Shown: in pieces, positions 25,741 to 38,810 of the stretch | How positions within the stretch are numbered: position 1 is the first letter of the stretch | Layout of the letters: every line of letters starts with the position of its first letter | Source: Octopus sinensis | Taxonomy: Eukaryota | Direction: 5' to 3' | NCBI RefSeq assembly: GCF_006345805.1 | Contig: NC_043000.1 | Span: 95,418,001 to 95,482,000, forward strand | DNA length: 64,000 nt | The notes under the pieces: model-generated | The model's database searches: none | The model's input: only the letters and a program-made list of their open reading frames with translations | What the model was told of the DNA's origin: nothing | Position numbers and translations under genes: made by a program

Positions 25741-26323
25741 CCACAACTCACTTCCGAAACGAAATCCAATCGAGGTGGTTTCGATTCGCCTGTCTTTGAG
25801 ATGTACTATGTTTTTAACGTTATACGTCTTTAAAGGAATCTCTTCCAAACATAATACAGCGCTTAGCAATACACATACATGAAGTATGTGATACTGATAG
25901 AGCTTACATTATTGAGTCGCTTCTAATACAAAATTTGAATTTTGTCCTCCTTGTTCTGCGGCGCTATTGCTCATCGACAAATAGAATTTACACTATTATA
26001 TACTTGTAGCTGGAGGTCCTATTTCGCTTCGGAAGCGGGGTGAATATACAGCAACAGTAAGCAGAAAAAACGCGAGATATCGATGTTTGTCATTCCCGTT
26101 CACTTCCAGGGTGGTTTCGTTTCGCCTAGCTTTGAATTAGTCTGCGTTTTTTTTAAACTAAACATGTTGAATAGAATATCCTCCAGATATAATACTGCAT
26201 CTACAAGCGTTTAACAAAATACATAAAATAAGTATTTGATATTGAATATATTTACATTATTACATTATTGAGCTGTTTCTATCACAACATTTGAATTTAT
26301 ATATACACACACACATGTATGTG

Positions 26324-26360
<37 letters not shown>

Positions 26361-26445
26361 GTGTGTGTGTTTGTATGCATGTATATGTATATATAGTATA
26401 ATTGAAATTGATAAATTGATTGCATAGTGTTGACTTACTTATTGT

Positions 26446-26484
<39 letters not shown>

Positions 26485-26593
26485 CCTGATGGCTAAGACA
26501 GCGGGGTGGCGTCATTTGAAGACTAAATCAATGCGAAGCGCATTGTGACCAGCGATGCGTAGCAACATCTGATAGCCTGGTCGGTCACGTGAT

Positions 26594-26632
<39 letters not shown>

Positions 26633-26731
26633 CATACATACATAAAATATATACATTTATTATATATATATATATGTTATACACACACACACACACACAC
26701 ACACATATGTGTGCTTATGTATGTATGTATG

Positions 26732-26773
<42 letters not shown>

Positions 26774-26815
26774 ATATACACACTTAAATATACATATATA
26801 TATATATATACTTAA

Positions 26816-26847
<32 letters not shown>

Positions 26848-27113
26848 TATATACTTAAATATATATATATACTATTATTATTATTATTATTATTATTATT
26901 AGATGAGAGTACTTGGCTTAGTGGTTAGGGTATTGCACTCACGCTCGCTAGAGCGTGCTTTCAATTCCAAGACTAGGTGGTGCGTTGTGTTCTTGAACAA
27001 AACACTTCATCTCACATTGCAATCATTTCGACACCTGACGCGTGGTACACACTTCAAAAGCTGAACACTCATACGTCATCTTCGACGGGAGAGTCCATCT
27101 TTATTATTATTAT

Positions 27114-27167
27114 ATACGTCAAATATTGATATTTCGCAAATTTTCTTTTAGCTCATCAGTGCCGTAT
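27114..27167 (-). ncRNA. Type I hammerhead ribozyme (duplicate copy)
   Basis: Identical to 25687-25740. Confidence 0.7.
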
Positions 27168-27750
27168 CCACAACTCACTTCCGAAACGAAATCCAATCGA
27201 GGTGGTTTCGATTCGCCTGTCTTTGAGATGTACTATGTTTTTAACGTTATACGTCTTTAAAGGAATCTCTTCCAAACATAATACAGCGCTTAGCAATACA
27301 CATACATGAAGTATGTGATACTGATAGAGCTTACATTATTGAGTCGCTTCTAATACAAAATTTGAATTTTGTCCTCCTTGTTCTGCGGCGCTATTGCTCA
27401 TCGACAAATAGAATTTACACTATTATATACTTGTAGCTGGAGGTCCTATTTCGCTTCGGAAGCGGGGTGAATATACAGCAACAGTAAGCAGAAAAAACGC
27501 GAGATATCGATGTTTGTCATTCCCGTTCACTTCCAGGGTGGTTTCGTTTCGCCTAGCTTTGAATTAGTCTGCGTTTTTTTTAAACTAAACATGTTGAATA
27601 GAATATCCTCCAGATATAATACTGCATCTACAAGCGTTTAACAAAATACATAAAATAAGTATTTGATATTGAATATATTTACATTATTACATTATTGAGC
27701 TGTTTCTATCACAACATTTGAATTTATATATACACACACACATGTATGTG

Positions 27751-27787
<37 letters not shown>

Positions 27788-27872
27788 GTGTGTGTGTTTG
27801 TATGCATGTATATGTATATATAGTATAATTGAAATTGATAAATTGATTGCATAGTGTTGACTTACTTATTGT

Positions 27873-27909
<37 letters not shown>

Positions 27910-28104
27910 CCTGATGGCTAAGACAGCGGGGTGGCGTCATTTGAAGACTAAATCAATGCGAAGCGCATTGTGACCAGCGATGCGTAGCAACATCTGATAG
28001 CCTGGTCGGTCACGTGATCACGTGATATATATATATATATATATAATATTACATACATACATAAAATATATACATTTATTATATATATATTATATGTACA
28101 TATT

Positions 28105-31100
28105 ATATCATCGTTGGCTGCAGCTCGTATCCGAGCATTGGGCTCGTCAGTCTCCGTCCAGTCTCTTCGGCAGATATTTGTACCAAATGTGACTTTTGAG
28201 TTCAAGTCAGTGGTGAAAGAGTCGTAGGCAGAATTCGCAAAGGATGGTCTGTGCGGGTCGGAGATGTTGAAGACGCTCCTTTCTTCTCCTGCGTTTTACC
28301 TCCTCATTCTGTTGTCTGCTCTGCTCGAAGGAGGTGGCTCCATTGCGGATAGCATTCCTCCTGGCTGTCCCATCCATAGCAATCTGTTCCCATGAGGATG
28401 GCTGGATGTTATTTTGAGTCAGGGTCCGTTTGAGCTGGTCTTTAAAATGGAATTTCGAGCCTTCTCTTGGTTTTGTTCCAATTACAAATTCTGCGTAGAG
28501 CATGATGGCGAAGAATGGTGGCTTTGACGCTTGGCAGTGAGGCGCGGCGAAAAGCCTCATTGTTGGTAATATGATCTTCCCATCGAATATTCAGGATCTG
28601 TTGTAGCTTGGATTGCTGGAAGCATTCAAGGCGCTTGAAGTTACGGCGGTACAGCGTCCAAGTCTCACACGCGTAGAGAAAAGTTGACAGGGCAATAGCA
28701 CGGAAGACAATGATCCGGGTGGTCAGTGCGTGATTGAAGAATACACGTTGGTTGAGTCTACCGAAGGCGGAGTGGACCGCCCTGATCCGGTTCTCCAAGT
28801 CTTTTCACAGGTGGTGTGGTCTTCGAAAGAATACTCACAAGGTATGAGAAGTATTCAACTTCTTCTAGGGGTTGGCCGTTGATATTCATGTTAGTAGGTG
28901 GACTGTTCTGGCCTGGTGCAGGTCGTGAAGGGAGCAGACCAGGGCAATGAAGTCCTCCGAACATCCAAACCGAGCAAGGACGAGGACCTTATCAAAGGCT
29001 TTCTTTAGATCCTAGAAGATGAACATTGCAGGCTGTTGTTGTTTTTGACACTTCTCCTAAAGTTGGCGGGCACAAAAGATCATGTCGATTGTGCCTCGAG
29101 TGGGTGGAAATCCACAGAGATTCAGGGAGGACGTCTTCCGAGAGGATAAGGAGGCGATTGTATAGGATACGGGCGAAGATCTTGCTTGCAATACTCATGA
29201 GTGAGATGCCCGATAGTTGTTGCAGTCCTCTCGGTCTCCCTTCTCGTATATGGTGATGAGAGTTGAATCGCAGAAGTCGATCGGTAGGGTCTTGATTTCC
29301 CAGATCTTGAGGATAAAGAACGTCAGATGTTTTCTCAGCTCAAGACTTCCGTGCGTGAAAAACTCAAAAGGGATGTTGTGTGGTTTTGGAGCTTTACCTG
29401 GCTTCATGCGCTCGAATGCCTAGTTGAATTTATGGGGCGAAGGCGACAGAAACATCCAACAGTGGATGGAGAGCTGTGGGGTGTTTTCGAGGAGATTGTC
29501 TGGAGTGCGTGAGTGGTCGTTAAGTAGGCTCTCGAAATGGGACTTCCAGCGATCGAGGATTCCCTGAGTATCGGTTATCGTAGAGCCAGCTTCGTTCTTC
29601 AGGCCACTCACTGATGACATTGATGGGCCGAAGATCTCCTGGGTTGCAGCATAAAAGCGGCGCAAATCTCCTTGCTCCGCATAGTTTTGCATCTCCACTG
29701 CTTTTCTCTGCCACCAGATGTTCTAAGCTTCTCTAATTCCTCGCCGGCATTCTGCTGATGCTTGCTGGTGTTTTCGTTTGTTCTCTGCAGTGGCATAGTT
29801 CTCGAAGGTGAGGCGCGTCCGGAGTTTGGCTTCGGTGAGACAGGAGATGGTTTCATCATCTCATTAAACCACTCTTGGTTCTTCTTCCGGGTAAAGCCGA
29901 TCGTCTTCTCAGCAGCAGCGATCTTCAATGGAGGTTGGCTCAGGGAGGCCCATCAGGTGTCTCTTAATAGATTCCCTGAAGTCTTGGGATGCCTGTAAGT
30001 TCTGGAGTTTGGCGGAGTCGAAACGTCAGCAAGATATGTTTGCTGAGACCCGCTTTGGTGGAAGGCAGATCTTGATGTCAAGGCGAGAAAATAAGAAGGC
30101 GGTGATCCTTCCAGCAGCCATCTGCACCAGACATGGAGCGGGTGATGCGTACATCCCGTCTGTCCTTGGATCTTGTCAGAACGTAGTCGAGGATGTGCCA
30201 GTGTTTAGACCGTGGGTCGTCTTTTGTCGGGTAGGGAGACGAAATAGGGAGTTTGTGATGACGAGTCCATGCTCGGCGCAAAGGCTCAGGAGGAGCTGGC
30301 CATTGGCATTGCAATTCTCAATGCCGTGATGACCAAGAATACCGTCCACAGACAATGGTCACTACCGATTCTGCCGTTAAAGTCGAGTTTGTCATGCGCG
30401 GGGACTGTCTGGATGGTGCGGTCCAGCGGATTGTAGAACGAAGTGTTGACGTCGTCTTCAGATGTGAGAGTAGGGGGGGGCGTACACAGAGATCAGAGTA
30501 AGGTATCTGTCCCGAAGGAGCGGAATCCGAACAGTCATCAGGCGCTCGCTAACAGCAGTTGGGACGAGTCTGTGTTGATCCATGGGTTCGTTTTGATGGC
30601 AAGGCCAACTCCATGGATGCGTGGTTTGTTAGGATTCTTCCCCTTCCAAAAATTGGTGTATTTGGAACCAGCTTCTCTGATGCTGCCTTCGAGAATCCTA
30701 GTCTTGAAGTTGAAGTGGGCAAGTTCCTTGCAGACGATTAATGTCATCTTGTCCTGGAGAATGCGGATGCTCCAGGCCCCGAAAGTGAGAGGTGGTGAAA
30801 CAAAGGATTTAGTAGTCGATGATGAATGAGTAGAGTTCCGACCGCAGAGTGGGAGGTTCGCCAGCTGCAGTATGCTGGCCAGATCGAGTTGCTGTGTCCG
30901 ATGTTTACCTCACCTTTTCAAGGGGCTCCCTCTTAAGGGGTGGGCTGCGGTAATCCTAAAGAGGCCAGACACGAGTCCAGCTGCCGAACTCCAATGTCAC
31001 GGCTATTCATTGGAAAGCGATCATCTAAGATTCGACGCCAATGTGTGGTCACAGACTAGAGGCTTCCAGCTTTCCAGACCTTCCTCAAAGAGTAGAAAGA

Positions 31101-31465
31101 CGAAGCCAGTCGCTAAGTAAATTGTTTAAGATGATCGTGGTTGCTCAAGAATTGAGACATGCTGTCTTGTTAAGGCTGGTTGCAGCGAGCTACCGGAGTC
31201 TATCCGCCTTTTTCACGCCTGCCCGTCCGCCAGGCGTTGCCCTCTTCCGCCGGAGTCTCTCCATGGGGACTTGCGATTGCCCTCCTCTGCTTGCTTCACC
31301 GTTGGGGTCTAGATGTTCGTGTTTGGTCGTGTTTAATCTGGGACTTCATCCTCGACCTTACCGCCATGTGTGGCCCTACCAGGAGTCTAGGACTCCAGAC
31401 AGTATCGCTCTCGGAATCATTGGGGCACACAAGCTCTTCCACCACGGCAAGGGACGACCATCGGA

Positions 31466-31468
<3 letters not shown>
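28105..31468 (-). mobile_element. RTE-clade LINE spanning 5' UTR to 3' tail, heavily frameshifted
   Basis: APE motifs ([22 protein letters not shown]), RT motifs (PGKAP, KGDREDCNNYR, SIASKIFARIL) and C-terminal HFKDQLKRTL...DGTARRNAI; higher GC than the flanks. Confidence 0.93.
31324..31468 (-). ncRNA. HDV-like ribozyme fold at the 5' end of the RTE LINE (probably inactive copy)
   Basis: P1 TCTTCC/GGAAGA; P2 TGGTCGT/ACGACCA; P3 CC/GG; L3 TTGCCGT; J4/2 TTAAAC. Confidence 0.6.
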
Positions 31469-31508
<40 letters not shown>

Positions 31509-31876
31509 ATGTATATTATATATGTATAAATGTATGTATATATTGTACAAGTGAAATTGATAAATTGATTATATAACGTTGTTATAGTTATTGTTTTATA
31601 CGTTTATTCAAGCATTGGACTGTTGCAGCAATGCTGGGCCATCGTCATCAAGGGATTTTTATCAAATAAAATCTATTAAATCTGGTTATATATTCATTTA
31701 TCGATCACTGTTTTTCAAGTGGTTAATATATTCGTATGTATGTGGAATAGATTTTCTTTTATGCTTGTTTTATTATTAACACGATTATGTTCCAATTTTA
31801 TCCTTTTTTTAATAACGGTTTTTCATATTTCCAAACAAGCTTTTTTGCCGTTTCTTTGGAACAATAAGCTCCTAAA

Positions 31877-31926
31877 TTCATCATCAACGTTTCTAGACTT
31901 TTATAGTGTCATCATCAGGATATGAA
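31877..31926 (-). ncRNA. Minimal type I hammerhead ribozyme
   Basis: TTCATATC CTGATGA TGAC actataaaa GTC TA GAAA CG T T GATGATGAA: 8-bp bulged stem I, ACGT stem III. Confidence 0.72.
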
Positions 31927-33257
31927 ATATATTTGACTTCTGTATTGCTATTTTTTGTTTTCGTATTAGTCATGTTTATGTTGACTTTAGTGTCAATGAT
32001 TTTAACTTCCACGTCAGAGGTCATACTTTAATTATTCTATAGTAATCATATTCATATAAGCCAAAATGTTTAACCTTTAAACTTCCATGACAAAAAAATT
32101 AACACGTATCTGTTGGTATGCAAACTTAACGGTCAAAATTCTTAGCGGTAAAGTTTACATAAACTTGACTATATGAGACAATACAGAAGCCAAATATATT
32201 TCATAGCTGATGGTGAGACTGTGAAAGTCTAGGAAAGTTGATTACAGCCCTAAGAACTGTATTGCTCCAAACAAACTGCAAAAAAAACTTATACAGAAAT
32301 ACAAAAACTCGTTAATTATAAAAGAAAATGGAACATTGTCTCGTGTTTTTCAATTTTAGATAGGTAGATAGATAGATACATACCTACACACATATGCCCC
32401 AGAATGGCTGCAGTCCAATGATTAACACAAGTACAAAGATATATATATATGACAGGATTCAATTGCTTACGTTTCGCTCACTAGTCAACACGAAACTATT
32501 AATATTATCAAAGAAGCTTATGCACGGTACCACCCATTGGGACTGAACCTAAAACGATAAGGAAGCGAATTGAAGTTCTTAACTACAGAGGGTTGCTTGC
32601 GCTCACGTGAATATAAAATGTAAAAAATAAAACTTTCTTTTATAATTTTCTTGTTTCTTATATAAATAAATTTTATGTATACCCACGTTCTAATATGAAC
32701 ATCCTTACAATAATGTAATTAGAAAAAAACTAACAAAAACATTCAAAATTGTTTTTTAAAAAAGGCATTAAAACAATCAGATCTCCAAAAGGGAAATATC
32801 CTTTCCACTTGGAATAAATAGACACTGTCTGAATGAAACAGTAAGTGGTTGGAAGGAAGTTAACTATTATTTATTCCTAATAAGAAGTATGTCGTGAAAA
32901 TTATAACATTCGCTGTTGAACTAGTGTAACACTGTCCAGTACGCCCACATATGTAATTGCAGCCGGCAAAGTTTTCCAAACAAAATAGGAATTGCATTAA
33001 AAAAAAAAAGAATATATTGGAAGAACTTTTTGCATGCGTTTCAGATGATATCAGAGAGACAAAGGAATTGGTAATTAAATGCATCCCACAACCTTTACAT
33101 TACACCAATGTTTATTGTTAATGTTTTTTGTTGTTGTTTTTTTTTTTTTGATAATATATGTCGTTTACGATGGACAAATTACCTTCGTAAATAGCACCTT
33201 TGAGAAAGACATGTAAAAACCGAGAATTTCTGATGCTATCCGTTAATGAATTGTTAC

Positions 33258-33259
33258 AA

Positions 33260-33319
<60 letters not shown>

Positions 33320-33320
33320 A
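33258..33320. repeat. (AAAG)n microsatellite
   Basis: Direct reading. Confidence 0.95.
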
Positions 33321-33627
33321 GGGAGGGAAGAGAGAAAGAAAGAAAGAGCACCGTATAAAAGTCTGTAAACCTCAGCAACACATAAAAAAAGAAATGTGAA
33401 TAGAGAAAATATATTTAAAACGGTTCTCCTTCTTTGTAGGTGGTTTGGTCTGGAGGCTATCTGAAATCGAGGAGATTGACAAATCTAGGTTTATTTGGTC
33501 GGGTAAAATAGCATTTCTTCTCTGATTGGCTATTTGTTAAGAACTAAACAACTATGCAAACTTTGTTTGATACCATATTTTTGTAAATGTTGTTTCAATG
33601 TCGTTGAAATATCAGTGGGGTTGGTGA

Positions 33628-33724
<97 letters not shown>

Positions 33725-33899
33725 TTTTAAAATGACTTTTAAATATATTCTAGGCTGTGTGACAGTCACCGAAGCATCGGTGTAACTGGCGAATATATAA
33801 GTACTAGAGTGTTAGGCGTCATATTACGGTTAACTTTGGAAGTATAATTTTGTCACCATAGATAATTAGAAGGAAATGTAGCACACTTTTTCACGGTTC

Positions 33900-34170
33900 C
33901 GGTATTACGAACAAGTGATTACAATGAAAGAATCGCAAGGTGGATTCTTCAAGCCGAGTCAACCGGCAAAAGACCTAGTGGTACACCAAGAACGAGATAG
34001 TCGGATAATATCCTTAGTCTCAATTTGTCAGGCTTGGGAATTCGGTTGGAAATGGTAACGACGGTTGCTTCTGACAGGACCATACGGATGCGGTGTAAGA
34101 AGGCTCTACCCACCACCCAGGACACTCCCAAAAATAGTGAACGGAGAAGAAAGATGGATGGCTGCATATG
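33900..34170 (+). mobile_element. 3' fragment of RTE-type LINE
   Basis: Translation ERIARWILQAESTGKRPSGTPRTR...ASDRTI resembles the GxRPRGRPRTRW...A.DR..W C-terminus. Confidence 0.7.
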
Positions 34171-34426
34171 CTATACATACAATAATTATAGTTTAACTTT
34201 TATCATATATCTTGGTGCCTATACAATGTAATGAAATAAATACTAATTTTGAAAAGAATATTTATCATCTCGTTATTAGATAAAACAAATTTCTCATTTG
34301 TATATTTACAATAAGTTCCGTCGAAAACCAATCTGCAAAATTTCTCTTTAACAAAAATGTTCGTTTTTTTTCTTTCAGAAAGTTATATTGCCTGCCACCA
34401 AGCCTCATACGTGCAGGCAATATAAG

Positions 34427-34467
<41 letters not shown>

Positions 34468-34779
34468 TCTTTTTATACGATGTAACCTGTAACTGGAAAA
34501 TTCAGCCAACTAATGTTTGTATCGGTTGTTATGATATATTTAAGCTGCCAGGTTTATACTTTTCCATATGACCTATATAATTATGTTCAATATATATGTT
34601 TAATTCCTAATCAACCCTAGTTTAATTAACAACTAATTAAGCAATAGCTTAATTTATGATGTAAATGAAGTTAAAGGTTATTTTCAATGAAGGGACATTT
34701 GTTGATCCCCACTAACAGCTAAAATGTTATTTCTCATGGCACAGAGAAATGTATTTAGCATAACAATAATGGGTTCTGA

Positions 34780-35640
34780 TTTAAACAGCAAGCCAATAAT
34801 TTTAAGGAAGGGTATAAGTCGATACCACTGACTCCAGTACTTAACTGGTACTTTATTTTACCAACCCTAAAAGGATGAAAGACAAAAGTAACCTCAACGG
34901 GAGTTGAACTGAGAACATAAGGAACTGGAAAAATACTACAAAGTATTTTAGCGATGCTCAAACGATTCTGACAGTTCACCGCCCTATAATATTTGCTTCT
35001 TATTTAGGCACATGATCAGCGATTTTTAGGAGCAATGATTTAGTTGTCGGTACCATCAACCTCAGTAATTTACTGGTACTTTATTTTCTCAACCCCGAAA
35101 GGACAGACACACGGATTAAGTCGATTATATCGACTCCAGTGCGTAACAGGTACTTATTTAATCGACTCCGAAAGGATGATAGGCAAATATTATAGAGTGG
35201 TGAACTGTCAGAATCGTCTGAGCATCGTTAAAATACTTTGTAGTATTTTTCCAGTTCCTTATGTTCTCAGTTCAACTCCCGTTGAGGTTACTTTTGTCTT
35301 TCATCCTTTTAGGGTTGGTAAAATAAAGGATTTGAACTCGGAATGTAAATAGCTGGCTTGAAATATCTCAAAACATTCTTTCTGACGCTCAAACGATTCT
35401 GCTGATCATCAAGTCGGTGAGCTGGCAGAAACGTTAGCACGCCGGGCGAAATGCGTAGCCGTATTTCGTCTGCCGTTACGTTCTGAGTTCAAATTCCGCC
35501 GAGGTCGACTTTGCCTTTCATCCTTTTCGGGGTCGATTAAATAAGTACCTGTTACGCACTGGAGTCGATATAATCGACTTAATCCGTGTGTCTGTCCTTG
35601 TTTGTCCTCTCTGTGTGTAGCCCCTTGTGGGTAGTAAAGA
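34780..35640. mobile_element. Cluster of family B SINE units with local inverted duplications
   Basis: Young plus-strand copy at 35412-35640; inverted segments 34851-34996/35183-35328 and 35101-35187/35510-35597. Confidence 0.85.
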
Positions 35641-36099
35641 AATAGATTCTGCTGATCATTGTCTTTTTTTTTTTTTTTTGGTTTAAAAATAATAGTTATT
35701 GTGTATATCCAAGAGAGTTTATAATTTCCGTTACATATTTTTAACCAGAGACTGATAACGTTTTCGTAACATCCACAAATAATAAGTTGTTTTGTGAATC
35801 ATACTTTCAATGAAAATAAATGTCAAGTAACTCTCACTGTTAAAAACTAACAGAAGACTGCATTGAATAACAACAACACTACCTTCAAAGTTACATTGAT
35901 TCAGGACACTTCTGAAATTCATGTTATAGTTTTTATACATCTTCCATGGGAATTTAAAAGCTGTGTGTGTATGTGAGGGTTGCTGTGGTGGTAGTGATGA
36001 TGCTTATGTGTAAATTTGTGTGTATACGTGTGTCTGCGTGTATGTTTTTATTTTTCTGGGATAGTTATTGATATTTGTTTACCATTATTGATTTTAGTC

Positions 36100-36530
36100 C
36101 GAGGCAGACAATTAACAGAATCGTTAGTGTGAGACAAAATGCCTTGCAGTATTTCTTCCGGTTCATGACGTTCTAAGTTCAATTCCTGCCTTGATCCTTC
36201 CGAGGTCGATAAAATGAAGAAGTACCGATCAATTACTGGGGTCAATTGTATCGACTAACTGCTCCCATTTGTACCTAGATTAAAAACCATTATTTGTTTT
36301 ACTTCAAGGCAGTATGCTGCGCTGGAAGAATCATGAGAGCATCGAACAAAACGCTTTACAGATTTTCTTCCGGCCACGTTCTGATTTTAAATCCCGCTGA
36401 AAATCATATTCGCCTTTTATCCTTATGGGGTCGTTAAAATAAAGTACATGTCAAGTATTGAGATTGATGGCATTGACCAACACTCTTTCCATCAAAACTG
36501 CTGACCTTGTATCTAAATCAGAAACGAATT
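36100..36530 (+). mobile_element. Two diverged family B units
   Basis: B-box-like and GGTCGATAAAAT...GTAC central motifs. Confidence 0.6.
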
Positions 36531-36686
36531 ATTTTAATTAAATGAGGTTCCTCTTCAGATTTAGAAGGTATTTCCTTCTTCAAGGGTGCTAATTCCAGAA
36601 AAGTCACAAAAATATACCCCTGTGTTAATATGCTGTTTGCTCACTAGAGTAATTCAGACATCACATACATATTAAGCTCACAAACA

Positions 36687-37075
36687 TGACTGTATGGTAA
36701 GAAGCTTGCTTCCCAACCACATGGTTTCAGGTTCAGTCTCACAGCGTGACACCTTGGGCAAGTGTCTTCTACTGTAGCCTCGGGCCGACCAAAGCTTTGT
36801 GAGTGGATTTGGTAAACGGAAACTGAAAGAAGACCGTCGTATGTATGTGTGTGTGTGTGTGTGTGCCTTTGTGTTTGTCCCTCACCACCGCTTGACAACC
36901 AGTCTTGGTTTGTTTACATCCCCGTAACTTAGTGGTCAGTGAAAAGACACCGAAAGAATAAATACCAGGCTTAAAAAACAAGTACTGGGATCGATTTTTA
37001 TTCGACTAAACACTTCAAAGCGGTGCCCAAGCATGGCTGAGTCCAATAACTGAAACAAATAAAAGATGAAAGATA
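36687..37075 (+). mobile_element. Family A SINE
   Basis: Head, central domain and CATGGC...CTGAAAC tail. Confidence 0.88.
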
Positions 37076-37460
37076 TTCTTACTTTATCTAAACTGTTGTC
37101 AAAAGCAAATCCTTCACCTGACAGGTCAAATTAACTCCACTCCTACTATTTCAGTTTCCGGCTTTCTATTGCGTTTCCCTTTTTCTAAACTGTTACAACA
37201 GCCACTGCCCCCTCCACTAAAAAACTTGTTTGTGCTTCTTTTGTGATCCCTCTGAAAAACAGTACCAAGGTTTTTCCGTATTTCAAAAATTGCCAAATTT
37301 TACTTCTCAACACCGTTAGCCTTCTGAAATTTCATCACTATTTATGATCCTTGCTTCCTTACAACAAATCAGGGCATTAACTAGATTAACCTTTCTAAAT
37401 ATCCTTTTCACATATCTGAGATACTTTGAACATTCTATAGGAACTATATCTCTCTGCTGA

Positions 37461-37790
37461 GACCCCCTTCGGTCATGACTGACCATGGGATTGCACCTAG
37501 CAAGTTACCCTCCCAGGCACAAGTTCGAGCAAGGTTGCTTAGGGAAGACCAGCAGTCGCCCATGCATACCGGCCTCCCCTCTCCACGCCACCAGTGTCAT
37601 CCAAGGGAAAGGCAACAGCAGATACAGCTTGGCACCTGTGACGTCGCGACTCATTTCTACAGCTGAGTGAACTGGAGCAACGTGAAATAAAGTGTCTTGC
37701 TCAAGAACACAGCACGCAGCCCGGTCCGGGATTCGAACTCACAACCTCACGATCGTAAGCTCGACGCTCTAACCACTGAGCCAAGCGCCT
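37461..37790 (-). mobile_element. tRNA-derived SINE
   Basis: Minus-strand GGCTCAGTGG A-box and GAGTTCGAATCCC B-box; TTGAGCAAGACACTTTATTTCACGTTGCTCCAG central domain. Confidence 0.85.
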
Positions 37791-37839
37791 TTTCTCTGCA
37801 GGTAAACAATAATCTTTTCTACTATATGCACAAAGAAAA

Positions 37840-38810
37840 TTATGTTGAGGGAGCAAGTCGATTTCATCGATTCCAGTATTCAACTGGTACTTATTTTATC
37901 GAACCCAAAAGGATGAAAGGCTAAGTCGATCTCGGCAGAATATGTGCAAGGAAGAAATGCCGCAAAACATTTTGTTCGGCGTGCAAATGATTTTGCCAGC
38001 TAGCCATCTTTACAAGTGAATTATGATTTCAAATTTTGACACAAAGCCAGCAACTTTGGGATAAGAGGTAAGTCGATTACATCGATCCCAGTAGTTGACT
38101 GATACTTATTTTATCGACCCTGGAAGGATGAAACGCAAAGTTAACCTTGGCGGAATTCGAACTCAATGTGAAGAAGGACGGAATATCGCCAAGCATTTTG
38201 CCCAGCTTGCTACCTTTCAATCGTTTCACATTTTGGCACAGGGCCAGCAATTTCAAGGGAAGGGCTGAGTTGATTTCAGCGTTGTTCAATTGGTACTTAA
38301 TTTATGGACTCCGAAAGGGTGAAAAGCAAAGTCGACCTTGGTGGATTTTGAACTCAGAAGGTAAAGACGGAAGAAATGCCGCTAAGAATTTTGTCCGATG
38401 TGCCAACGATTCTACCAACTCGCCACCTTTTGCAGTTGAATAATAATGCTTTCATCTAAAGGCACAAGGCCTGAAATTTTGGGGGAGGGGGTCTAGTCGA
38501 TTACATCGACCCCAGTGTTTCACTGGTACAAATTCCTTGGCTTAATTTGAACTTACAGCGTAGCGACAGGCTAAGCATTTCGTCCAGTGTGCTAACGATT
38601 CTTTTCTTTACTACTAAAGGCGACGCTGCTAGTCGATTAGATCCAGTGCGTAACCAGTACTTATCGACTCCGAAAGGATGAAAGGCAAAGTCGACCTCAG
38701 CGGAATTTGAACTCAGAACGTAGCGACGGGCGAAATCCCGTTAAGCATTTCGTCCAGCGTGCCAATGATTCAGCCAGCTAGCTGCCTTATTGCAGTTGAA
38801 TAATAATTAA
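37840..38810 (-). repeat. Head-to-tail array of about five family B units (about 190-200 bp each)
   Basis: Recurrent GAAAGGATGAAAGGCAAAGTCGACCTC...GGAATTTGAACTCAG...CGTT motif on the + strand. Confidence 0.85.

Larger units (their letters stand above)
25230..28085. repeat. Tandem duplication, unit about 1427 bp
   Basis: Identical ORFs at 25615 and 27042; unique parts look identical while microsatellite lengths differ. Confidence 0.92.

Noticed and set aside
28130-28155. CTGACGAGC...GCTC at the RTE 3' end
   Set aside because: No GAAA; ordinary LINE 3' stem-loop.
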